Source of the DNA: the human T2T-CHM13v2.0 reference genome, Homo sapiens
Direction: 5' to 3' (one strand)
Length of the DNA stretch: 64,000 nucleotides
Assembly: GCF_009914755.1 (NCBI RefSeq)
Contig: NC_060928.1
The notes below the pieces were generated by a model, which was given only the letters and a program-made list of their open reading frames with translations, was not told the origin of the DNA and made no database searches. Shown in pieces: positions 11,751-25,088 of the stretch (its first letter is position 1; each line of letters starts with the position of its first letter). Made by a program: the position numbers and the translations under genes.

Positions 11751-13705
11751 GAGTATAATATTTCAAGGTTGAGTTTAAACGTAATCTTTCTTGATACTCC
11801 AAGAAGAGATTTTTTTCACAAGGATGTTATTTGTCTTTGAAAATATTTTTACCTTTTATAAACGTTTGCAATAAACACACAGGAAGCATTTAGAGAAAAG
11901 TTTCAGAATTCATCATTGGCTGGGTGTTTTGTTTTGACCTCTTGTTTTCTATTTCAACACAAATTTCTGGCTGGGTCTGCTTTTGGAGAGCAGGTATCAT
12001 GTGGATAAAAAGCAAAGGGATGGCTCACGCCCTGGGTGATTGTGCTTAGGTGCGTTGTCATAAATACCCGAGAATAGGGAGAAGGTGGCTATCTCATTAC
12101 GAGAATGGCTTAATGGTCACCACTGACACAGGTCATTAGATAATAAATTCCTGACTGAATGGAGGAGGTAATTAATGAATATACAGACACACACTAGGTG
12201 TTCAATAAACATTAGCTCCCACTTTTACTTTCTTTATATTTTCTTTTTAGTCCATTGTGATTCTATTTGAGAATTTGATAAAAGTTGACTATATGTGAAC
12301 AAGATTGCAAGAGATTAATATCACCTTATAATTACACTATTCAAGGAGGCAATTTAATATACTAAAGACAACATGGAACACAGAGTTAAAAACCTATGGA
12401 TTTTTCACTACTGTGTGAATTGAGCTGACTTTCAACTAATCTCTTTGATTTTAATCTGCTATCTGGTAAATAATACTCACTCCGCCCCATTTGTATGATT
12501 ATTGTGAGGATGAAACTGTAAAGTGCTATTACATTATACTAAACAAGTGTTTCCTTCATTTTTCATTCATGTGTTGAAGCTTATAAGCCATTTCCGTGCT
12601 ATATTACTGTCATATTCATCAATAAGAATAGTAAGCTTTTTAAACATAGTAAGAATTCTAAAATAGTAAGATTTTGACACATTCTAATAAAAAGCTGAAA
12701 CTTAGAAGTTTCATCCCCAGAAGCATAGGGAACTTTAAGTACATTAGATAAGAAAAATCATAAAATACCTCAAACAGTAGAAAATATTCCAAAAAATACT
12801 CTTATTCAGAGTTTTGGAGGCAGAAAATGGAGACGTCACAGCAAAGTAAAGGGCAGAAAACCGAACTTGTGGTCTGGGAGGGACAGAGTGAGGACGAAGC
12901 TGTTTGCAGATGGAGCAGCCCTCTTGATGGACGCACACTGGGGTAGGGAAGTCTGGAGGACAAATGTGTGCAAACCCAAGACGCTCCTCCACCCCAAACG
13001 ATCCCTGAACAGGTCGCCAACAGCTGCAGCTGGCTCTTGGGAGGGAGGAACCTGTCTGGGCACAGGGAGACAGCGGATCATCCTTTCTGAACCAACCTCC
13101 CCCATCCTCCAGCTACATTCAGAGACTAAACCAGGTTTACCTTCAGGTCTTCTGGATTAACCTTACAAGCAGGCACAGATTAATTTCAGAGCTCTCCCCA
13201 AAGTCCTCCCACCTGTTTGCTTGCTTAATGCCTGAAATTCCTTCAAGATGGACCAAAGCGTTTCATTCCACAATTAGAAGTAAAAGGCTTAAATGGCAAT
13301 GCCTGGTAGAAGTAGAACACTAAATAAAATTTATTCTCTCCATACTCATAAAATGTCTGTACTACAACAGACCCATGAGGTCATAAGAGCCAAAGGTTTT
13401 CATGCTCTGCTCAGAACCTGGACCATCAGAGCAGCTCCAGATTGCCATACTGAATTGCAACCATTTTAAGTAAAACCTCCATGACTAAAACAAGTTTATA
13501 AATGATTCACGTTTCTGCAAATGTAAAACTGAGCCCAACAGAGGCGAAACAACCTGCCCACAGTCCCACACAGCAGATCCCAGCTTCCTGATTCCAAACC
13601 GAGAGTTCTGTGGCTCAATGCACTGCCTGTCAGTTTTGAATTCACATTCCACAGACACAACCAGCCACAACCAGTGCGAACTTTCCAAAGTACTTTATTT
13701 TATCA

Positions 13706-13743
13706 ATGACCCACCTTGTATTTTTCGAACATCGCTACTTAGA
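13706..13743. repeat. Cassette copy 1: ATGAC-ccaccttgtatttt-TCGAACATCGCTACTTAGA
   Basis: 13725-13743 is 18/19 identical to 15005-15023. Both copies are preceded by ATGAC 13-14 nt upstream. Confidence 0.75.
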
Positions 13744-13870
13744 CAGATGTATTATTAATCTTTGTGACAGCCTTCCACTAGACTGTAAGCTCATGAAGGG
13801 AGAAATTCTCTTGTTCATCCTTGTATCTCCAGCAGCAGGCATGAGGCTGACCACTCGGAAAACTTTAAAG
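13744..13870. mobile_element. L2 3'-end fragment
   Basis: ccactagactgtaagctcatgaaggg...ttgttcatccttgtatctccagca. Confidence 0.6.
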
Positions 13871-13914
13871 GGGCACTGTCTATGAGCTATTTGATGCACA
13901 CCAACATTATTTCA

Positions 13915-13957
13915 TACTATTATGGCAAAAATCACAATTACTTTTGCTCCAACCTAA
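13915..13957. mobile_element. Half of a MADE1 (Hsmar1-derived MITE)
   Basis: atggcaaaaatcacaattacttttgctccaacctaa followed by TA matches the Hsmar1 terminal inverted repeat. Confidence 0.8.
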
Positions 13958-14947
13958 TACATTAATTTTTTAGAAGAAATGACTTTTTTTATTCAGATTT
14001 ATTTCTCAAGATTTTCTCAATCAGCATGTACTCCACTATACATAACACAGGGTTGTTTGTTTTAAATATCTTTTATGTGTTTATTTTTGTTTCAAATTTC
14101 CTCAAGTTTTAATCTCTGTGGAATGTCAGTTTATAAACGAAAGTTAATCATAATAAATAATAGGAAATAATTTCAGCTTACAATAGCCAAGTTCCATAAC
14201 TCTCACTACAGAGTATTATTCAGATATACAGTAATCATTTTAAAGATAATGAGTTCAACTGAAATTTGGAAAAGTCTTTCTCCCTTATTTTTAACAATAG
14301 AAAAGATATACTAACAAATGTGTGAGGGACTATTTTCTTACACATTATTTAACTAATACATGTATTTAAATTGTTTGCTAGTAAGATTTTTACTGTATTT
14401 TAGTTACAAACAACAAAAATTAAGTTGCCAAATTTTTATTTTTATAACCTAATCAGAGCAACATAATTTTAATAAAGTTATGAATATTTACAATATACTG
14501 TTCCCCTAAAGTCAGTAATTAGATTTGTTTTGTGAAATTCCTAGAGGATATTTTTTAGATCAAATAAAAATATGAAATATTTAATTTTATGAATAGTCCT
14601 TTCACAAATATGCTTATTTTCAAGCTTTTATACCAAGGGATTTATGCTAATTCCACACAAAATTTATAAAACATAAAGAATATGCAGAAACTATGTTCAC
14701 TGAATGAACATAAAACACAATAAAGCCCATGGAAGGTACAAAAAGATTAAAAAAAAAAAACTGTCTTCAAGTGGCTAATAAACGTGGGTGCATTATCAGT
14801 ATATACATTAGACCACCTAAAGCCAACTGAGAGGATATGTATGTGTGTACTGGTTTAAATGCAAAATGTAATGTTCCTTGGTGTAGTAGCCAGTGCTTTA
14901 GAAGAAAATGGGCTGGTTATTCCAGAATATACTTCTCATTAGGATAG

Positions 14948-15270
14948 TTTTTTGTCTGACACAGTCTTACTATGTCACCGAGGCTGATGACAGTGTAAGT
15001 GGTGTCGAACATCGCTATTTAGAGTGCAGTGGTGATAATAGCTCACTGTAACCTCAAACTTCTGGGCTCAAGCGATCCTCCCATCTCAATCTCCTGAACA
15101 GCTTGGGCTACAGGCACATACCACCACAACCAGCTAAGTTTTTTATTTTTTGTAGAGACAAGGTCTCACTGTGTTGCCCAGGCTGGTCTCAAACTCCTGG
15201 CCTCAAGCAATCCTCCTGCCTTGGACTCCCAAAGAGTCAGAATTAAAGGTGTGAGCCATCGTCCCTGGCC
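14948..15270 (-). mobile_element. AluJ-like SINE carrying a ~35-nt non-Alu insertion
   Basis: The Alu consensus aggctg|gagtgcagt is split by 14987-15021. TSD-like flanks taggatagtt / taggagagtt. Confidence 0.9.
14987..15023. repeat. Cassette copy 2: ATGAC-agtgtaagtggtg-TCGAACATCGCTATTTAGA
   Basis: A clean insertion relative to the Alu consensus. It shares both ends with 13706-13743. Confidence 0.8.
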
Positions 15271-15285
15271 TAGGAGAGTTATTAA

Positions 15286-15699
<414 letters not shown>

Positions 15700-17261
15700 T
15701 CAATTTGAAATAAAGTGAAAATTTTAACAATTGCCATTAAGATGTTTTAAGTAAATACAAATTAATTACATCAGAACTGTGGTAAACCTAATTCTCAACA
15801 TTATGTGATCATTAGAGTTATTTTTAAACTGGTTGAGTTTCTACTCCTGTGGAGAGAGGTCAATAAACCAAAATTACCTTCTAAAACTTCTTCCCAGTTA
15901 TCGCAGTGTAAGTTTAGTTCTTTCTGGTGCCAGGTTTAAATGAAGCATGTCAAGTTTAACTGATAATTAGTTGCTATTTATTAATTTTATAAGTAGAAAA
16001 AAACTGATCACATTCATGAGATAACTGGAGACTCTCACAAGGACATACTGGAAAATACTACTGCACTTGAACAATAAAAGAAATGGATTTCCAAACTGAG
16101 TGCAACGTTTTCTGGGCTTTATATAGATGCTTTGTTTCCAGAAATGGAATTCCAGAAAATGAGGGGTTATCTTTGTTGCTGTTTTTAATATCTAGATAAT
16201 AAATATAGTAGAATATTCCATAGAAACTGTTCAAGACTACAAATAGCCTGATGTTGCAGTTCATTGACTTTAATGAGGTCTGATGTGGCACAGTTGTTAT
16301 TTCTATCATTCTTTTCCCACACATAAAGTGTTTCATTATTATGGTACTAGAATGTTTTACCCCAGGATCCTACAGGGGATTTATCATGACAGCTTTTTTT
16401 ATTTCTACTTGTGGGGAAGGGGGCTGCAAGATGTCAGAGAGTAGGGGTTGGGAAATAGGAAAGATATGATTCTTTGTGAGATTACATGCTATGTAACAAG
16501 AGTGGCCATTATCTATACAACGTAATATATTAACATGAAAAACAGTTTCCAAGCTTGCAGAAAAATATTTTAAATTAGCTTTGCAGATTATATGTTTCTA
16601 ATGGAACTGAGAGTGGTAGACACCTCTTTTAAAGATAAAAATGTTAAACTAACAGAAAAAAAATAAGATCAAAAGTTGAATATAGTTTTTCAAATATTCA
16701 ATAAATAAAATTATGTTAATTCTTATTTATCAGAGATTGAAATAATCTTCATGGAAAATTTAAAAAGTGGGCTAATAGAAACTAGGATTTGTTTTTATTA
16801 ATGGCTTTGTGACACCACAAGCTTTTGCCAAATTGCCGATGGATGAATTAAACACAGCAGCACCACATACACCATTACACATATGCAAATGGCCCAGATA
16901 TTTAAGCGGGTGCTAAATTAATCATTTAGCATGATGCCAAAATTTCCACCCAGTAGTAAAAATACTCATAGAATAATAATACAGAACTGGTTTAACACTG
17001 AAAATGAGTGATGGAAAATGAATAAACAGAAAGGCAAGACGAAGTCATTCGAGTAAGAGTAGGAGTAGTTCAGAGAGAGAGGGTAACGCAGAAGTCTGGA
17101 CCCAGTGAAATAAGCACGAAGGCACAGGCATACTAAAACAATTAGTGCAGGAATGATAGAGTAAGATCTGTTTGTGGAAGCCAGAGAACCTAATGAGCCC
17201 CTGTATCATGTGGGGGAAAAGCACAAAATACTAGGAAATAATACAAGGGACAATGATGATG

Positions 17262-17460
17262 ACTAATATTTATGAGTGCCATCACGCACCTTGCACTGGG
17301 CTAAGCACTGTACATGCTTGGTCTCACTTATTTTTCCTAGTTGTGTGATCTCAATACAATTTTGGAAAGTGATGATATAGACAGGTTAAAAGATTTGCTC
17401 AACAGCACATAGGTAGTAAATGGTGGGTTAGGGATGTATATCCAGACAGCCTGACTCTTG
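17262..17460 (-). mobile_element. MIR SINE
   Basis: ctaatatttatgagtgcc...ctgggctaagcac...aggttaaaagatttgctcaa...gtagtaaatggtggg. Confidence 0.65.
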
Positions 17461-18064
17461 GATTACAAATGCTGAAACTAACAATTTGGTCACTTATTAA
17501 ACACACTATAGGTCAGTGTATTTTCTGACACAAAAACACACAACTGCCTGAAGGAAAATAGGAGATTTAAGTCAACTTAGAAAAAACATGTTCATGAGTA
17601 TTTCTGAAGCCCTTTATTTAAAATCTTTGTTTATAGGCTTATTTTTAGCTTTTCATTTTAAAGGAAAAATAATCATAAGAAATCACTGGCCAACAGCTAA
17701 TAAAGTTCTATTTTACAAAGTTAAAAAGACACTGTTCTCTCTTCATACACTGAGAACACTCATGGCTCGTCTAAGGGGATGTGATTAACACATATTTATG
17801 TTTAAGCTCAGTTAATATGCTCTTATACCATGCACAGCAGTTTTTACCCATGCTGTTATATATAAGTATTTGAAGTGACAGAAATAAGAAAAATATTGAT
17901 CTTTTAGAAAGGAGGGATATTGCCTGTCTTCTTCATTATTGTATTCGCAGTACTTGGCACATAGTTAAATGTTAAATGGATGACCTTTTTTTTTAAAGGC
18001 TGAAATAACAGTAACACTTCTGTAGTATTTCTGCCAGTTAAAAACAAAACAAAACAAAACAAAT

Positions 18065-18330
18065 GGCAGAGTACAACTTTTGAAATCAGCCATAAGGACC
18101 TATGTTTGAACCTGTCTCTTCAACAAATTAGCTACATGACTTTGGACAAATTAACCTCTTAGAACCCTTGTCTTCATCTACAAACTAACCTCTCAGAAAC
18201 CCTTGTTTTCATCTTCAAATAAAGGGCTTCAGAACGTTTATAATGTAGATAATATCCATCTCAGACTTGTTCTAAGTGTCAAGTGAGATATTTTACCTGT
18301 GAGGTACTGAGCACGTGGCAGCTGTGAAGA
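18065..18330 (+). mobile_element. MIR SINE with internal ~34-bp tandem duplication (18152-18219)
   Basis: taacctcttagaacccttgtcttcatctacaaa / taacctctcagaaacccttgttttcatcttcaaa. Confidence 0.65.
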
Positions 18331-21300
18331 CACAGCATCTGTGCCAGTAAAGGCAAGTGCTACTTAGGAGATATTTAGTTAGGGGACTTTGATGAATTAG
18401 ATAATCTGGGAAGAAAGAGCAACCTCTAATCCTTTTCAGCCTACAGTCCAGCCCTCACAAGCTTCCCAAAGCGACCTGTCTCTTCCTACAATTCTTCCAT
18501 GGCCCCCTTGACCCCCACCTCATTGCCCTCTTGCTATGTCAGACCCTAACAGTATCACATAGCGTAATGATAATGGACATGGACCCTGGCAGATGAGGTA
18601 AATCATAGCATCTGTTTCATTTTTGTGAACATGTTAGCAGTTGGTCTATTTACATACATGTCTGGCACAGAGTAAACATTCTTTAGATGTTACCAATTGT
18701 AGTGACTTTTCACATCTCTGAATGTCTCTCATTTGTCTAGGAAGTCCTTCGCAGATGGTACCTTCCACACGTTGGGTGCTCAGTACCAACTCAGACTCAA
18801 TTTTCAAAAAAAAAAAAACAAAAAAACATTACCTTCTTGGCAAAATGAGTTCATGGCTTTCAGAATTTGGGCTGTCATGACACAATTTTTCATTCGCCCG
18901 AGCTTAAAATATCAAGGCAATTTTTTAGTCCTTCCCTCACATTCTTGTGAAATTTAGTGTTTCATCAGTATTTTTTCTTGAAACAACTCTTGACTGTCCC
19001 TTTGTTTTCAATCCCAATGCTGATGCTATAGTTTGGGTCCATACTTTTCAACTCTAAATGCTTACTGGTCTCTCTCAAATCCATCTGCATAAACTACTAG
19101 GTTAATCATTTTAACCTATTTTCATCATGCAATTCTCCAGATCAATAAGCTTTCATGCTACATAAGTGAGGAAGTACTTACACATTGGTCCAACACACAA
19201 GGTTTTCTCCTATCTAACAAATCCAACCCTAAGTCTCCATACTACCTAAAAGAGTCACTTTTGCCTAATCCTTGGTCTTTCATCACTCTTGTGCTCTCCT
19301 TACTTAAATCTAATTTCTAGAAGACATAATAGAGGAGTGACAATCCTTTCTCCTTTGCCATGTATTTGGCTCATTTTTCTCCTCTAGTATTTTTTCCAAC
19401 ATACCCATGAATTGATTCTTGTTGTGATAGAAATTCTGCCTTCTTCACTATCACTACCAGGTTAACACAGTTCAATTTTAATAGAGTTGTTAAGTAAAAG
19501 TACAAAATTCTTAAAACTTTACTCCAGTTGCCTAAATAGGAATAGGAATAGATTTCATACTTCAAACTATAGTTTAAGGAGGAGCTGCTATTTTGTCTAT
19601 TTAAGGAATTAATTTGCTCAGTGCTATGATGTATTTGGAAATGTCATGCATATAAAAAGTGCTCTACAAAATGCCAAATTATCTTGCTAAACTAACTGAG
19701 AACACAATGCAGTGTAGGTTAGGATTACAGTTGGCCTCCCATAGAAAATGCTAACATAGGTGATCTTCACCAGAAAATCAAATCCCATTTGGCCATTTAA
19801 AAAGACACTTGCAATCGCCTAGCCTCCCCAACTGAGTTTCATTGCCTCCTTCAGAATAAACACAGTTATTTCCTTACAGTTAAATCTCAGATTCATACTG
19901 ACAGGCAAATTCCCTAGAATACAAAAACATCATGAGTAGATTTCTATGAATAAAATGTTTCCCCATATGATTTCATAATAATTCTAGCACTTTACTGCTG
20001 CTATATCTATCACACAGCAAGTAAGCATTTTCCAATGAAACTACAGACGGGCCAATCCAAGACATGATTTTAACTTCTGAGGTTGAGTTTCTTTTCTATG
20101 TTGCATAGGAACTAACACAGAATTTTTAAAATTATCAAAAGCCTTGATATACACACACTCTTTTGCCCTTAAGTAATAAAGAAAACATACACCAAAATTT
20201 TATTGGCTTTCCATCTGGCATCTTTCGTACTAATGAAGATGGGAAGCTTCAAAGCATGCTGAAGTTTGGACGAGTGTCAGAGGCCTAACTACAAGTGCCA
20301 ATCAACTTAAAGGACTTATGAAAGGTCCTTGATCAAGTAGACCAAGAGCTCTGGAGCTAACTATCAGAGGTGAAAGTTCAAGGGTTACATCTTTAAGTTA
20401 TGAGGGAGAAGGTAATTTCAAAGTAGAATTTGAGTTATTTTATTTTGCAACTTAACTATCATAAGGGCTTTTCATAAAATAGGATGGTTTTAAAATATGG
20501 CATTTTATTATGATATCAAGTAACAACAGAGGGAAAACCTTCAAGGAAAAAATTAACTGTAGTAAATATAGAAGAATTGTAATAATCAGAAATAGAATGG
20601 ATTCTATGAAGTCTATTTTATGCTCCTTAGTAAAATGACACAAAAGATGTATTGAATAAGACAGTTGTATAAGTAAAATAAATTCTGTACACAAAGCTTT
20701 GTGTAAAATATATTCAATAGAATACATTTTCATTAATAGTGATTCTCATATCCATATTTAAGAACAAAAATGAGGAAATTAGGATCTTAATCCACTTTGG
20801 TACAACCTATATTCCATCCACATGCATATTTATGAATATGACTTAATCAGGTTTAATCATTCCTCATATTCAGCCTCCTCATTAGACAATCATTATTAAG
20901 AAATTCTTAAATTCTACTGGTAAGCTTTGAAGTTAGTTGTTAATACAGAACATGAAAATGGATTACTATAAATAACATAAATCCCCAAGACACCTGATTG
21001 AATTTGATTGTTCTCTGAATATTTTATGCTGAGATAAAAATGGACATAACTAAAACAGTTCTTGACTATTAAAATATTTTAAGTCAAAGAATAGCCATGA
21101 GTGCCTATGCCATCAACACTTTATGTGTATGTTTGGTTTCCTTCTGAAAAGGCCTCATGAATTTGTGAGAGATGCAAGGCCTAAAACAAAAACAAAATAA
21201 AAATAAAGAACAATGTTAGCCAATACATAATACAGTGTTACACTGCAAATGGCACTGATTATGCCACAGTTGCTCAGAGAAAAGTGTTGAGAAAAGGTTG

Positions 21301-21344
21301 TCAGAAAAGTGAAATTTTAACTTAACTTTAAAAAGTCAATAAAA

Positions 21345-21635
21345 GGCTGGGTGCTCATGCCTATAATCCCAGCACTTTGGGAGGCCAAGGCATGTGGATC
21401 ACCTGAGGTCAGGAGTTTGAGACCAGCCTGACCAACATGATAAAACCCCGTCTCTACTAAAAATACAAAAATTAGCTGGGCTTGGTAGCACGTGCCTGTA
21501 ATCTCAGCTACTCAGGAGGCTGAGGCAGGAGAATCGCTTGAACCCGGAAGGCAGAAGTTGCAGTAAGCCAAGATCACACCACTGCACTCCAGCCTGGGCA
21601 ACAGAGCAAGACTCCAACTCAAAAAAAAAAAAAAA
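21345..21635 (+). mobile_element. AluS-like SINE
   Basis: Full dimer with A tail. Confidence 0.95.
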
Positions 21636-21676
21636 GTGGATAAAAGAGGGTAAGGAAGGATAAAAAAATGAGGTAC

Positions 21677-21803
21677 AGCCCCAGTGCAGTGGTTCACATC
21701 TGCAATCCCAGCACCTTGGGAAGCAGAGGCAGGAGGATCACTGCAACCCAGTTCAAGACCAGCCTGGGCAAAACAGTGGGACCTTGTCTCTAATAATAAT
21801 AAT
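21677..21803 (+). mobile_element. Alu left monomer (FLAM-like)
   Basis: Single Alu arm ending in (TAA)n. Confidence 0.8.
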
Positions 21804-23650
21804 ACAGCATAAACACAGCTAGCCACATGCACTGCAGCTTACCATGAGACTACATTCACCGGAATTTTTGTTTGAAATAAGACTGGATAAGTAAGCCCCG
21901 TCCAGATTATTAAAGTCCTCAAATGGCAGGAGAAAAAGTTAAGAAATTCTCCAATAAGTAACAGGAATCAAATATAGATAGAGTAGTAAGATAATGGCAT
22001 GAAGAAAGTGGTGTTTTGTGAGGACTAACCTGGCAGGAATTAGGGAAGCCAATTATGAGTCTCTTACGGAACCTAAGGCACAGTGATAAAGGGACTAGTG
22101 ACAAATGGGGACAAAAAATAGATACCGAAAGTAATACTTGACAAACAGAGTCAAAGTTGGAGGCTTAATTGGATTTAGGAGGTGAATACAACAGGTTGAA
22201 AGTCAAAGACGGTCACCAAGGATTTGAGCCTTATAGAATAGAAAATCGGTGGTACTATTTACATATATTGGATAGATTAAACAAAAGATCCCTCTGCCAT
22301 TAACGTGATAGTCAGATGTCAACCTTGGACCTTGGAAACAGTTTCAGAATATTGGCATATTTATATGAATTAGATCCTCTGTGGAGTCTGCCTTTCTTCT
22401 TTTAACACGATATGCACAGACCTTTACAATTGAAGATTTGTCCCAAAACTTGGAAAACATTTGTTCTTGTATTTGGGCATCCATAGTATGCAAGTTTAGT
22501 TTTGTAGACATAATTACAAAGTTCTACAAGTAAATGGATAATAAGTTGATGTTAATATTACAGAATCCTTACCAACAAATCATCAAATGGAGGCCAAACC
22601 TACTAAGGTTGTTTGTATCTTTCTATCGATTCCCTTAAAATCTGTGAAATCCATTCCAATATTTTCACTCAAATACAGTGATTTAATTCAGAATTTTCAT
22701 CAGTTGAATATTGATTTGAATCATTCCTGAACTAAGAAGACAGCAGGAACAGTGACTAGAGAGCCAGAGACCTCCCATGCATTGTCATTAAGTTCTACAG
22801 AATATTAGACTTCTTATCTATAACATGAAAGGACTGTACTGGAGCTCCATGTTTCCTTCCAACAATATGATTCCATGAGAAGCAAAAGAAAATCATTTTT
22901 TCTTTCTAACTAAATGACCACATCTGGTCTCTAGTACCTACAAAAGCCCTAACCCTAGGTCCATCAAAGTAAATACAAGAAAGCCAGCCAAGTCAATTGA
23001 TTTCACATCCAACAGACATGCAGATCATTATGTGAGGATCACAGGAAGCACCTCCTTGAGGAGGTACAGGGTAGAAGTAGAACATGGTGTATCCAATGCA
23101 CCAGTAAGGAGGGCAGTCAGCCCACAGAATTCTTATTGGCTTTCCAGAACTGTGACAAGAACTCGGGAGTCATAATGAATGAGAGCAATGTGCTCTGCTC
23201 CTTTTGGGCTCATCTAGCCCCTCGGACTGGACTGATGGCTACAGCTGAGAAATTCCAAAGGGATTGAGGAGGGGAAGTGCTCAGGGCATGATGCAGGCAC
23301 ACAAATCCCTCTGGAGTCCTAATCATTCTGCCCAAGTACACGCAATCATGAAGCACAGTTGTTTGATCTGGCTACACACTCCGTCTTTCTTGTGAGGGAG
23401 AGGGAGGACTGTTTAGAAGTAGGAACACTCCCATTCAGTTGCATCACAAGTTGTGATAAATCAATAGCCAGTCCTTGTCCAGCCATGTCAATTATAATCT
23501 GGCCAGATCAGTTCTACATTCCAGAAGAATGTAGGGAACTGTTTTCTATAGTTACCTGACAGAAACATGTTGTATTTATTGCACTAGAAAATGTTGATGT
23601 AGTAATCCAAGCAACACCAAATGGCTTGCAAATACCTTTTTGGTGCAGCA

Positions 23651-23661
23651 CGCGCGCGCGC

Positions 23662-23700
<39 letters not shown>
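23651..23700. repeat. (CG)7(TG)18 compound microsatellite
   Basis: Read directly from the sequence. Confidence 0.95.
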
Positions 23701-23703
<3 letters not shown>

Positions 23704-24766
23704 GTGCATGCACGTGTGTTTAAGAAATAAATTTTTTCTCCCTTAATACTATCCCTTACTTTTATTCCATTGGATGAAACAACCAAAAATATCTAATATT
23801 AATTTAGAGGAAGTCTTGCAAAGAGAACCTATTGAACAACTCTATTTTTATTTAAAGACTATGCCAGTCTAATGACTATCTCTGGTCATTAGTCCTAGAT
23901 TTTGAGCCACAATTGACAAGACCTTCCTTGTGATGACAGATTAAAGTATTCACTGTATGGCAAGGTTTTTTATTTCACTGCAGCAACCAATGATGAAATG
24001 CAATATGGTCAGATTAAAGGTAGCACATAACTACCCTTTTGTAGTAGTAATGCCTTTGGTGAACCCACACATGCTATCGGTCATTTAAATCCATAACCTG
24101 GAGCTGAGCAGAGCCCCATCAAAGTCTTCTTTACATGCCCCACCTGCCCTGGGGTGGTGCATACATCATTTGAAGCAAAGCTTAGTGACAGCTGCAGAAA
24201 TGTACTCAGTGAAGCTAAAATAGACTGCAATCTAGAATAATAGTGATGGAAATATCTGGACATTCATATTTAAATGAATGAAATGATTACCCTAAATCCA
24301 GAGCTGATTTGCAGCTGGTACACATCAGCACTACCACACTGGTTGTTGGTCAGTTTTAGAAGCACCACTCACCCCAAGTGCCTCTTTTCCTAATACCTGA
24401 CCATCTTAGTCCCTTCCCCAGAGCCCCTGAAATGCCACACAAAATGGGTACTCAAGGAAGAAAACACCTGGCCCATCAGGAGGTCTCCCAAACTCTGTTC
24501 CAGCATTGAGACTGGCATCCACTATGATTTGCTGAAAGGCAATTTGATTAATACTTTGAATACTACCCTGCCTATCTCCATCATCATTACAGCACATATC
24601 ATGTTGTATTGCAGTTATTTCTTTGTAAGTCAGCATTCATCTACTATTCTCAAGCACTTAAAAACAGAGAACCAATCTAATTCATCTTTGAACTCTAGTG
24701 CCTAGGAGAATGGTAGATTATAAATAGATACTTGGTGAACCTATGGATGAACGAACTCCAAAATAA

Positions 24767-25088
<322 letters not shown>

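Noticed and set aside
13706-15023. CRISPR-like reading of the paired cassettes
   Set aside because: There are only two copies, 1.28 kb apart, in eukaryotic DNA, with no array and no cas genes.
15904-15913. cagtgtaagt matches the variable core of cassette copy 2
   Set aside because: It is only 10 nt and recurs near 27708, so it cannot be told apart from chance.
23551-23575. tttctgtcag|gtaact, a possible recursive splice site
   Set aside because: The pyrimidine tract is short and the donor is weak.
24406-24636. Minus-strand ORF containing GRPPDGPG, a possible extra collagen exon
   Set aside because: There is no sustained Gly-X-Y periodicity and no convincing splice-site pair.
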